64,000 bases of DNA from Azolla caroliniana (lineage: Eukaryota > Plantae > Polypodiophyta). The stretch covers positions 3,968,001 through 4,032,000 of the forward strand of contig JBHGNT010000005.1 of NCBI GenBank assembly GCA_043228905.1, given 5' to 3'. Under the pieces are notes generated by a model, which was not told the DNA's origin, ran no database searches, and saw only the letters and a program-made list of their open reading frames with translations. Below, piece by piece: positions 1-12,199 of this stretch. Position numbers and translations under genes: made by a program. Numbering within the stretch: position 1 is the stretch's first letter; each line of letters opens with the position of its first letter.

Positions 1-19
1 CCCTCCAACAAGGAGCTCG

Positions 20-420
20 CCATGCAAGAGGAGATCAAAGCACTCCATGAGAATAACACATGGGAGCTTGTGGAGCTACCCAAAGGTAAAAGGGCTATAC
101 CCAACAAGTGGGTCTAAAAGGTAAAGACTCTAGAAGGTAAACCCAAGTATAAGGCTCATTTAGTAGCCAAAGGGTACAAACAAATACAAGGAATTGATTT
201 TCAGGAGGTTTTTGCTATTTCAGCCTTATTGGATTTGGAGCTGTATCAAATGGATGTAAAGACGGTTTTCCTTCATGGTAGCCTAGATGAGGAACTTTAT
301 ACATTGCAGCCTGAAGGGTTCCCGATTCCAGGAAAAGAGCATTTAGTTTGTAAACTTTGACACAGTCTTTATGGGCTAAAACAATCCCCACGTCTTTGGT
401 AGAAGAAATTTTATTCTTAT
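20..420 (+). mobile_element. Degenerate Ty1/Copia reverse transcriptase fragment, lying antisense in an intron of the minus-strand gene
   Basis: Translates to [59 protein letters not shown]...[25 protein letters not shown]...LVCKL*HSLYGLKQSPRLW*. These are classic Copia RVT_2 motifs, with in-frame stops and an internal deletion. Confidence 0.95.
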
Positions 421-652
421 GTATGAATGCTATTTCTAAGTATATGTAGGACTGTGTGTATGCTACATGTTCCTTTTTTATTTCCTTATGCTAGTGGGGA
501 AATGTACAAATAATAAAATTTGCAGAAGGTTAAGTAATGCACATCAGGAACATGTATTAGATATCAACACTCACAAGAGTTCTACAGTTGATAACGAGAA
601 TGGTATCTATAGTTGAAATATTGCAGATTTACTGCAGAGACAGATCACACAC

Positions 653-3600
653 CTTTATACCATTGACGATTGAATATGGATCTTCAGTCTCAGGTTGCAA
701 ATTATAGTCCACAAGCAAAGTCATAAGTGAAGACATGTGTGAACGAATGTCCTGATTTGCACTCTTGAACATAGAAAGGAGGAAGTTTAGTGAATCATGA
801 GAAAGCCAGATGTGCCAATCTTGGACAATAATAATTTAAAGCTGAGAAATATCCTGAAACAGAAATAATATAATATTTCCAGCCTGGCAAGAAATTACCC
901 AAATTTCAGATTTTAGCCTTGCATTCTCCTCCACAAGTGCTGGTTTTTCTATAAGTTCTTCCTGATATTTCTCAATAGTCTGAAGAGGAAAAGGTGATAA
1001 GAAATCTGGTGAATAATTTGTTAGACAAAGAGACAAAGATTCTAAAGTTAGTAACAGACCTGTCTCAGTTCATGAATCCTTCTTTGCAAAAATTGGTTTT
1101 CATGCACTAATTCGATTTCCTGTAGACGAGACACAGAGAATTTCATTGGGCAGTCCGAATCACAAATGATGAAACTTACAGATGAAAGAAAGTTATGATC
1201 TTCATGCAATACTTTTGACATAGCATCTGTCAGTTGTCTTTTTAATTGTTTAATCTCCTCCTGATGTTTAAGGGTGCTCGGGATAAGTTCCTATAAAATG
1301 AAATTAGGAATTAGTTTTCTCATGTAAGGTTCTGAAGAGGTCATAAAAATATATTAAATGGTAGCTTTCTGATAATACCTGCCAATTCCGCAGGTTTCCA
1401 TGAGCCCCTGGTTGCATTCTTGAATCAAATTCTCCTTCTCTGCTGGCCCTAATTAATTACATCAGTAATAACAGGTGAGTTAACAAAATAATTCAATTGG
1501 AATTCAGGAATGGACAGCCAATAATTAGCATATCACATTACAAGACATTCTAATTACAAAAGATATCAAAGAAATAAGTATAGCTTCCTCTGTAATTATA
1601 ACAGGATAACACAAAAAAGACTTCGAACTTCTTGACTTCATTCATCATTTTACATTTCAAAACAGAAAATTGGGTTCTATTTCCCTCATCCAAAACACCA
1701 TTTTACAAGTGAAAACAGCATGTGAGTTCTATACTCCAAACCCTAGCACAAAATATACTTTTTTATACCTCTAATATCATTCTATCGTTCTCCTCTATCC
1801 AGGAATCTCTTTGGAGACATTGCACATAATCTGGCTAAAGACATGACTGTTTGATTTTCAATTAGCAAAATTTACAGTATACATTTTGTATTATTCGGTC
1901 TACCTTTCATTGGAAACACCTGAGTGTTACTGGACTATTATTATGGTTCCCACAATTAAAAAATTTAATTAACAACCCCTGCAGACTAACCTGGCAGTTG
2001 GTGAAGATGACTGAGAGAGACCACCATTTTGCTGATTCCTATAATTTACAAATCCATTGATGCCAACGTAATGCCCATATTGATGGCCTTGTAGTCCATT
2101 TGGAGGATAATGATAATTACCATCTAAAAATAATCGAGTATCCGGATGGACAATCAAGGAGCTTAAAGGATCACCAGAATAACCATTCACTGTTAAAGGA
2201 TCTCCTGGAATGGGATTAGAACCTTGTACTAAGCCACTCCTTTCAGGAGTAGAAGGACGTAATAGTACATCATCCTTGGGGACATTTCCAATTTGTCTTG
2301 GTTTATGTGCTTGAGCAATTTTCTTTAAGCAATGGCCAATAAAAGTTACTGGATGCTGATCCAAAAACAGAATCTAATAATGTGAAGCACAAAAAATTAT
2401 ACTTACATGATTCTGCAATTCCTGTTCAGTGACCATCAGGGCAGATCTTAATTTTTCATTCTCTGATATCTAATCAGAAGAATAAAAACTCTCAGCTTCA
2501 CCAAACATGTTTCATGATGTTTCATGGTTTAGAAATATAGATAAATTCAGAATATAAAAATGTGTCTGAAATCTAATGAATACATAAGTCAAGAAACTTA
2601 AAGATAGATCAAACTAACAATATCAGACACGTATGGAAGTTGGAACAAAGTTCTTCAGGCAGCATTAATGAAATACCTCTCGTAGATACATATAATTAAG
2701 TCATATTGTATAGTCCGAATACTGGAGATAGATATTCTCTCAAATTATTGAGGTGAGTCAATGACACCAGATGAACATTATCAGCCATACAGGAAAATTT
2801 CTGGCATGGCCATGATTCCTTTTTGACTTAGTCATTTCACACTTAATCACTGAATATAACCACTAAGCTTAACACATAACTATGGTTAGTGTTTGAAAAT
2901 AAATACTGGTGATATTTTAGAAAACAATACCATCATTAAATCCAGTGCCTTACAAATCCTGCCGTATGGAGGAATATTAACTAGATACAGTAGATTATGT
3001 AGTATGACGTAGAGTGATTAAGTTATTGTCTTCCAATGCAAATCACCACACCTCCCCATGTGAATCTTTTGTGAATCTAGTTTTCGTCCTAGTGTCTAGT
3101 AAACGCCAACTATTATCATACTTCTGTTCTTCAATTATGTGTACCATGAAATTAAACTTGATGGTTGTTAGTAAAATGGCATCACAGTCTCATTTGGTTT
3201 GAATCCAGCCCAGTAATCAAGCAGCCTAATTCTGAAGATAATACAAAAACTGAATGCACAAATGACATCCAATCTCAAATATGCCTCAAAGAAGTATTGT
3301 ATCATATAACCATTGTGGAGGAGGATAGCATCGAAAGGATAGTTACAGGGAAAGTTTGATGTCTTTCCTCGCATCTCTTTCTCTTTGTTATTTTAATAAA
3401 TAATCGCCTTTTCCAGGGCAATGTGAATGATTGATTAAAGTCTCAGCTATGAGGATTTTTGCTATGATAATAGAAATCATGTTTAGCCTCAGTTTTTGAA
3501 TTGGAAAAGTTATGATTCTCTCTGGCTTATGAAAATTGCCTTCCTCATCATTAGTCGAGGGAGCCGAGAGGATCCAAGGTGGCATGATAGACTTCTTGGT

Positions 3601-5020
3601 TGGTTTTTCCTTCCTCCCAAGAGAGTTAGGGTTTCTTTCCCTCCTGTTCACATCAACCTAATGAAGGGATCTTTACTCTCAAAATCAAGGGCACCTTTGT
3701 TCCCAAACATTCATTCAGACCAACCCCAACCTGCTCTAATTGTTTCAAAGAAATACACTTAAAAAAGAAAATCCCTTCTAGCAAAATAATATGATAAGTG
3801 TACCTCCTTGCCTAATGGAACAGTCTTGCCTAGGAAAGCAATGCACTAAAAAGAGAGAATTTCTTTGAGCAAGATAATACGACAAGAGGTCATTCTTAAG
3901 AATGAAAGTGTCTTTCCTAAGAAAAAAAGCCACATTCTTTTTTGAACATCTACCAAGATACAGAGTTCTTGACTGATAGAAAGATTTTTGCTTGCAGAAA
4001 ACGAAAAATTCTCTCAAATCCTATATCAAGGTAATGATAAAAGGCTTTCCTGGATAATGGAAATATTGTTTCTCATAGAAAAAGTCGCATTTTTCTCAAA
4101 TTAATTATATTGATAGAAAACAGTAGTGAGATCAAGAAAAAATATGATAGAAAGCCTACTTGATGTAATCATGTAAATGGTATCATTAAGAAGAACAAGA
4201 AGAAACCATCTAACACATCAATGGTAAAGACCTATCTGTTCTTGCTATGTTGAATAGATCAGTAAATAGAAAGAATTCCCCTAGCCTGAGAATGGTAGAA
4301 GAGGACCTTACTTGAGCTAATTCTATCAAAAGACAGCATTAAGAAGAAAACAACTCCTTCTAGATTATATCGAGAGATAGCAGAGAAAAGAAGGAATCCT
4401 CGTAGATTTATGTAAGCATGCAGTACTCATGAAAAAAATTCTTTATCGAAATGTGTAGCATTAAACAGAAAAAGTGATATGCTTCTTTTACCAAGATGAA
4501 TGATATAATAACGCACCTGATCTCTCAAAGCCGAAGCTTGATCTCTGAGGACAGAAGAAGCAACTTCAATGGCCTGAACAACAACTTCTCTGTCGGGAGG
4601 AGAAGGAGGAATGGTGTGTCTAGGTCTACCATTAGACCTCGCCATCTCCAGATCTGCAAGAGCATCAGATAAAGCAGAGGATTTCTGAAGAAGAGTAGAA
4701 TCTTCTGATGATGACGATGATGGTAAGGCAGCAACATTATTACTTCGAAGATGATGGTACTGATGAAGTTGCATAGAAGATCTCGTATTGTTGTAGAATG
4801 AAGAAGTGGTGGGTGAGGTATTTATAGGTGTTGTTTGGTTAAGAGGAAGATGATGATGATGATTATGATGATTGTTTGTCGTATGGTTTAATCCTTCATT
4901 TTTTCCGCCATAGCTGAAATGATCTGTTCTTCTTGGGTCGTAGGTCGAAAGAGGAGGTGGAGGAGGGCCATTTCTATGGAAATTAGGACTATAATCTGAT
5001 GCGGCTAGCTGATGTGACAT
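653..5020 (-). CDS. Coiled-coil protein of the uncharacterised At5g08440/At5g23490-like family; partial, 3' part lies beyond the left window edge
   Basis: GT-AG exons that join in frame: 5020-4517, 2373-1991, 1448-1379, 1290-1213, 1119-1060, 979-899, 763-653. The product includes SPTARASREGEFDSR..NWQELIPSTLKHQEEIKQLKRQL..EIELVHENQFLQRRIHELRQ..VEENARLKSEIWSANQD..LLVDYNLQPETEDPYSIVNGIK, which parallels the remembered family pattern (EGEYD..WKQDL..HEEEI.QLRK.L..ENIRL..LLAEYSLQP..DAQSIVSNVK). The family call is from memory. Confidence 0.8.
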
Positions 5021-8000
5021 GAGCTGAAGCAGCTTCCTTCAATCAAAAATGAAGGAGTTTCGGAGGAGAAGGACGAAGATGGATATGGAGATGAAGAACT
5101 AAGAACGAAGAACGATGGATAAGGATGACGATGAACGAACGAACGAACGAACGAACGAATGAAGATGTAGGCGGAAGAACGACGAAGAGAGGAACGAATG
5201 GATTGAATATGTAAGGCAGAAGAAATCTGCTTAATGAATGAGTGATTTGATTGAAGCAGAAGCAGAAACAGAAACAGGGATTCGAAGGAGAAGCACAGAC
5301 AAGGGAGCAAATAATAGACGGGGAGGAGTGGAGAAACCCTAGAAAAAGCAGAGAAATGGTCGCCACTTCCCGTCGCTTCCTGAGTGTCCGAAGCGTAGAA
5401 GAAGAAGAAGAAGAAGAAGACGAGGAAGAAGTAAGAAGTAAGAAGAAGAATTGAATTGAATTTTAGAACGCGTGCGAAAAGGCGTTCTTTTGCTTTTTTG
5501 CGTTTTGGTTTGGTCAAGCAAAAATAAAACAATTGCCATTTCCTCATAATCAGTTCACTTTATTCACTCTCCTAATCCAGGATCCTTCCTCGCCTACCTA
5601 ATCCATTCGTTAATCCTTCATTAACTTGATAATTATTCATCCGTTAATTGTTTCCGTCAACCTTCCCACTTTCTTAATGTTTGTGCCGGTCAGTGGATTA
5701 ATGATATTTGGCTACGGCACCTTTGGAATGGCCTAATGACGGTTCTCCCTTCAGTTGCTTCTGCCTGTCTATGTCGAGAATTGGGCGGTGTCCGTATCAA
5801 GAGAATCATAAGCTTAACTATTTCTTTCGACTTTTTGACTGCATCCGTAATCCAATGAAGAAGTGTGGACAGGGTAGAGATTGAGGGGGCCCTGAACCTG
5901 CCAAATGTATTTGATGACTAGTGTTGATATGTCCATTTGTTGTTCACTAGACACAACTAAATGCCCATATAGGCATTGAGTATGACCGTATGTTTGATGC
6001 ATGCACACAATGATGCTACCTGGAGATCGGAGAGAGATGGAAACAAACAGGTGGGAAATATCGTAAGAAAAGGATGTGTGCTTACCTGTAAATTTATGGA
6101 TAGGCATCGATCAAAGTGGAGGCTTGTGATCCCAAGACATTCCATATCAATGATATAAAAATACCTTCAAGTAATCATTACAAAACAAATTTCTTTAATT
6201 ATGATATATACTTATTTATTTGTAGCTAATTAGGAAGTATGACAAATTATAATTACCTTAACTTATCGGTCACACTCATAATTAGAACTTGAAATTGGCA
6301 TTGCGTCTCTTTTAAAATACTTTAATCATGTGCTAGTCTCAGTTCTTGTTTGATTAGGATGTGACCCAAGCAATTGTATGAATAACCAAGCATACTTTTT
6401 TTTATTCGTGTACATAAAGCCATATTTGGATAAACTCTAGAAAAACAATGTACGTTGTAATTATTTATGTTTATTTTCTTGATGACATAATCTTCCATAT
6501 ATGTATGTGGGTATACATATATATGATATTGCACTTCAAGCAAGACCATTGCATTTTGGTTTGGTTTGGAGGCAAAAACGTTATGGTATCTTAGGATGAA
6601 AAACAACTTCTCTCATGTGTAGATGTCGTTGGTAGAAACATCTAGTCATATTGATTCTTAAAGGCTACGGTCACTTACATGGCTCATCCAATCGTGTATT
6701 CCTATCTTATTTGTTTACATTTAACCCTTGATTTTATAAAAGGTGTCATGATACTCATGTCAATGTGCATAGATTGTTGATTTTTCCTCCCTCCTCTATT
6801 TTACAGGCTAATTAATCACAATATATACAATTAGTGTTATGGACATAAACTCTTATGACAAGTTTCCACATCAAGTACTGTGCTACAAATTATTATATTA
6901 TTTTTGCTTTGAGATGTTATTCATGAGTTTGTTTGCATTGTTGTATATTATATGTAAACTTGAACATTACAACTTGCATCAACATTTTTGCTACTAACTA
7001 TTATATTGTTTTTTAGATTTGTCTACGTTGATTGATGTGCAGAAAACAAAAGGAAGCCAAGGAAATTATTTGAAAGGACAAGGCTGTAATTGCCATAGCA
7101 AACCCCTGAAATTATAACTTTGAAGACTATGTTGGAGGAAATTTCCATTTGATCGTCATTGACCATTGAGCATGGGTCAATTGAGAATGCGTTCACTCAT
7201 AATGTGTTATTTCTTTGAGACAATATGCTGACCTACTGGCGTCTCATTGGATTTTTTCTAAAGAAATATCAGCATGTCATTTTATTTTGTTGTCAATAAT
7301 ATAAGCTTTTTTTATCTTAAGAGTTGTGATTGTAATTGCCAACTTCACTAAGGGCTTCAACATTTTTTAAAGACACATTACTGATGTGTAATTAATTTGC
7401 ATCTAGTAAGACGATATGTGAGATTGTTAATTGGTTGAAAATAATCACACAATTGTCAATATGGTAAATTAACACACACACATTCACTCACTCACACACA
7501 CTCTCTCTCTACATACATATGTAAGTACGTGTATGCACATTTACACACACACACACACACACATCAAACGTGTCACATTGTGTAGGATTCTCATGTACAA
7601 TTCTTGGCATGTGTCCCACAAATCAAACCTATACTAAGATAACCATGTCTACTAATAGGTTCATGGATTGATTTGGTTTTTGAGGCTCATAAGAACCTTT
7701 AGAAAGTGTACATAGTGCGCCTCCTCCACCGCCCAACTATAAAAAGACAATGGTGTAGGTCTTTAGTTTAAAATATAAACCTAAACAACAATGATTGGAC
7801 CATATCAACTAGTATATCCATTCTCTATTTCTTCTGAGAATGGATGTACTGGTTGATATTGTTCTTTTTTTAAAAGTTGGCCAAAAGTTAACCTTAGATT
7901 ATCTCATGCACACTAAATAACTATAGATGCAATCCTTGAACTCAAAGCCTTAAACAAGATATCGATATTTGGTCATGCCAACTAACTAACGATAAACACA

Positions 8001-8372
8001 AAAATTGTAGTCATGATCCAAAACATCCTAAAAGAGTGCGCATCGTCTAAAGTAGCCTATTAGTATCCATAAAGGTTGGTTGAGCAAATAGCTAAGGTTT
8101 TTGGATACCAAATATGTACTACCATATTCATAGACACCACGAGTACTCGAAATCTACTTTGTTAACACTTCTACTTGCCACGAGGAGCTACCATTAGGAC
8201 TCCACTAGTAACCTGAGCACATAATATCTACAACACATTGATGACATGCTTGATCAAAATTGTTTCCACTATGTAGCTTATATTCCGAACACTTTTGACT
8301 TCAGTGTGTTGAGAGTGGGGTTCCACCCACTCTTTATGGTCATGTGAATGATAAACACAAACCGACCCAAAT

Positions 8373-8880
8373 AAGCAAGCTTTACCATGCTTTACGGGTT
8401 CGGTTGATGCTTATGACCATATAGAATGGTTTTAACAAATTGTGCAAGCTTATGAACTACTCTCAATTGGGACGAGAGTTGGTACTTCTGGCCTTGCCTT
8501 AAAGGACCAAGTTGGAGTTTGATTCCACTAGATTCTAGATGAAGTCTATAATGACTTCATTTGTGTCAATGAACAATGTTTTACCTCAACCAACTTTTCT
8601 CCCTCGAACAAGAAGCAAATGAAAGCAACAAAGTCTATACACACTATACTTAAAGCCTACACAATTAAGGTGATGACAATGAAAAGATAGTATTGATGAA
8701 AAACTTATGAATTGGTTCATCCACAATTTATATGATCCCACCAAACAAAAACATATGTAGCAGTCCCGATTACGGCTAGTCGCATGCGTTGCAACACCTT
8801 TTCAAGCTGACAATATTAGTTTCACACTTAGAAAGGTAAATGGTGTGGCCAATCTTGTGATACTTGATACCTAGGGGTAG
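8373..8880 (+). mobile_element. Highly degenerate Ty3/Gypsy gag and aspartic protease remnant
   Basis: 8373-8585 reads KQALPCFTGSVDAYDHIEWF*QIVQAY...GLALKDQVGV*FH*I..VYNDF, a retrotransposon-gag-like LP.F.G..D..DH..F and L.D.A..WF pattern. About 8827-8877 reads RKVNGVANLVILDT*G, a retropepsin-like ILDTG. Confidence 0.6.
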
Positions 8881-9616
8881 TTAATGTTTAAAGTAAAATT
8901 GTTGGGAGCAATGGGGTAGTTCCAAGATGGGCTAGGAAGAGGTGAAATTTTACATGGCCAATTGCTCAATTCAACATCTCGAGAGTATGACAATCAATCA
9001 ACCCTTCACAATATATGACATTGAGTATCATCTCGTGTTTGTATTTACTAGATCGACGAACTAATTGAGCCACGAGTGCAGGTTAGGACGACCTTTCCTT
9101 TGAGTAAGTCGACTCGTGTGATGAGCTTTGAGAACGTTTTGTCAACTCCACCTCTCCCGTCATTTAGATTCATGGTTAGCCGATTGCCTATAAGGGATGC
9201 GCATGCATGTGATAGGTGAAAAGTGGAGAAGGTTGTTTTCATGGTTGGATTGAAGTAGATGAGGGGATACGCTTATGCATAAGCTGGATTGAAGTAGATG
9301 AGGGGGGGGGGGGGTTCACGGAGGCTACAAGTTGGATTGATCATTGGAGGCAAACTAGGCAGGTCTACACTTGGTGAGGGGGTATACATATGAATATGTA
9401 TATCAAGACGCTCAGACAAACATCCAAATTCCAAAGAGGGGGGGGGGGGGGGGGGGAGGTGTGGATAAGAAGCCTTTGGTGGACACATTTTCAGTTATGA
9501 GCAAAATATGTTATGTGGATGTTTCCTTCGTCTTCGTCAAAAGTGGGTTCATTTTTAGTGCGGGGGGGGGGGGGGGGGTGGGCAGCTGCTGTTTTGAAGG
9601 GGCCGGCGGCGTAAGT

Positions 9617-11821
9617 ATGGCGCTGGCCATGCTGCTGGTGGCCATCGGCGGCGGCGCGTCGCACGTGCGCAGGACACGTGGCGTGTGGCCGAAAGCCCGC
9701 CTCGCCACCAGCCTCGCCTATCTCTTCTTCACGGAGATCTTTGGCTTCCTCGCCTTCCTGCCGTCCGTCTCCCGATCGCTCCTCCTCTACTCATCTCTCC
9801 CTGCAGCCGCCCGATCAGATCCCACATCCTGCCACGTGTCGCCATCTGGAGGACATCCCGAAGCCTTATCTCGCCGCCCGCGTGTCCGATCTGGAAACAG
9901 AGTTTGTGTGGATCGGAATATTCGCTATGGTAAAGCCAAACGGAATCTGTAAGTACATATATTACACATATACATTCACATTCACATGCACATACACATA
10001 CACTTACATATACATATCCAGTTGCATATGCATATGCATAAACATATACATACATATACATATGCATCTATATATATATATATATGTAGATATATGTACA
10101 TATGCATAAATACACATACATGTGATGTGTGTATCTTATTTGTTAAACTTTAGGCTAGATGTGTACTTGCCGGCTGAAGCCCCCGTGGAAGAGGCTGTGT
10201 TAGCTGAGACCAATGGATCCAATGGCAGTCGTCCTGTCGTCGTCTTTGTTCACGGTGGGATTTGGGCGACCGGTAGCAAAGAGTTGTTCTCGAATTTGGG
10301 TGTTTCTCTGGCTAGTCATGGAGTCATCACCCTCATCCTACAGTATACCTTGTTCCCTGAGGTGAAGAGCTCTCTCTCTCTCTCTCTCCCTCTCTCTCGC
10401 ATACACACGCGCACTCATGCACAAAGGCTTTATTCACAAGGGCTCTTCGACAATTCTGATTATTATGGTAAGACAGAGCATATGTCCTTGCAAGGGAATG
10501 CCCCTGGTAGGGAACATGCTCCGGAGGCAAGGCGGGGCATATGCCCTAGCTAGGGAACTGCACATAACCATGGATGCAATTGACCGTTGCCTTGACGTTA
10601 TGCTGAACACTCTTGGGGAACATGAGATAAATGATGCACTCTTTCGAATATGTGAATATTCATTCGATCCCTGGCTAACGGCCATGTGTGTTTGCTTGTT
10701 TTTAAATGGGTTGAATGTAACCAGTTGACCATGACACCATTTTGACAAAGCCTACTGTAAGCCTATCCTACAATGTTGATGACCTCTGGGAGACATGAGG
10801 AAAAAATGGGAAGTTCTATTGAACATGTGACAAATCTGTTTCTTGTAATGTTTGGGGACTTGGTTTCTTGATTTACTTCATAATGCTTGGACACCACCAT
10901 TGTAATCATTGCTCTAGCAGGCACTAGCATCACAACAGGCGAGAGAAGTGTCGTCGGCTTTGACTTGGGCCATGGACAATGTGGAAGAATATGGTGGCAA
11001 TCCGCGCAAGATCTCTCTCATGGGACATTCTTCAGGTACTACTACTGCCCGAGTCACTTGTTTAATACATTGGGTGCCAATGGACTCATTCATTCGTGGC
11101 TTTAATACATTGGGTGCCATGTAGGGCCATCGTGTGGAGTCGAGTCACTTGTTTAATACATTGGGTGCCAATGGACTCATTCATTCGTGGCTTTAATAAG
11201 TGGCCATGTAGGGCCCCATGTGGAACCCCTTGATTACTACATTTAGACTGTTGCAAATGAATCCTTTCATATAGTAACTTCAATATTTCTGGTTATCTAG
11301 GAGCCCATGTAGCAGCCGTAGCAGTGTGGGAGCGATTCAAGGGACAACATAGTCAACAACATAGTGACAGTCCATATGTGGAGACCAGAGATGTCCGACA
11401 ACCTTGGCAATTCATGGGGCTTGCAGGTGTATATGACATAGTAGATCACCTTGCCCATGAAGAGAAGCGTGGTGTGGCATCATTGTCATGCATGACACAG
11501 GCAAATGGCACCTTGCCACATTCACTAGAAGCCATGTCCCCTGTTCGCCTTTTCCGCCGGGTACTAGACGAACATGACAAGGCATCGTTTCATGACATGT
11601 TGCCAGAGAAGTTCACATTGATGTGTAGCCGGGGCGACATCGTGGTCCCGCCCGACACTTCATGGGCATTTCATGGTGTGCTTCTTCCATTGTTGAGCGA
11701 CCAACATTGTCGCATTCTTTCATTCGAGAGCCTCAAACATCGCGACTTTCTACAGTTGGATGGTACTCTCCCAGAATCTATCCGCCTCCGTGATCATATT
11801 CTACTCTCTCTTCGCCAATAG
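9617..11821 (+). CDS. Isoprenylcysteine methylesterase (ICME)-like, HSL-type alpha/beta-hydrolase, 4 exons
   Basis: Exons 9617-9948, 10154-10361, 10921-11035 and 11301-11821 splice in frame (GT-AG). Motifs: RNIRYG..RNLLDVYLP, PVVVFVHGGIW (oxyanion), YGGNPRKISLMGHSSGAH (nucleophile Ser), GLAGVYDI, GDIVVP (Asp), LKHRDF (His). The N-terminus carries hydrophobic segments. Confidence 0.9.
11050..11222. repeat. About 91-bp tandem duplication in intron 3 of the ICME-like gene
   Basis: cgagtcacttgtttaatacattgggtgccaatggactcattcattcgtggctttaata occurs at 11050 and 11141; the ORF track shows the duplicated peptide LKPRMNESIGTQCIKQVTR. Confidence 0.9.
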
Positions 11822-12199
11822 ATATTTGTGCACCAAATGTTGTACTTATCCTGAACATTATTAATCTTGATATTTCTACAGATTTGATACTATTATCAAG
11901 TTATGAAACAAAACTATTAAAAGTTCTTGATTTCTATTTTCACCAGTCCTAGGTACATTTTGTATAGATTTTCACATACGGCCATGATTCTACTTTTCCA
12001 ATGATTGTTTTTGACTTATTGGGCATTTCATGGTGTGCTTTTCCAATTGTTGGGCGAGCAACATTGTCGCATTCATACAACCATTATTCTATTTTCACAT
12101 ACCTAGGATTGTATACCTAGAACGTTTATTTTCACATACAACCATGATTCTACTTTTGAGATGGCTGTTTTTTATATTTTGTATATAAACCCAAAGCAG

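Noticed and set aside
5005-5547. Several ORFs of 66-180 aa upstream of gene 1
   Set aside because: They arise from (GAA)n and (ACGA)n repeats in the leader or promoter and have no domain character.
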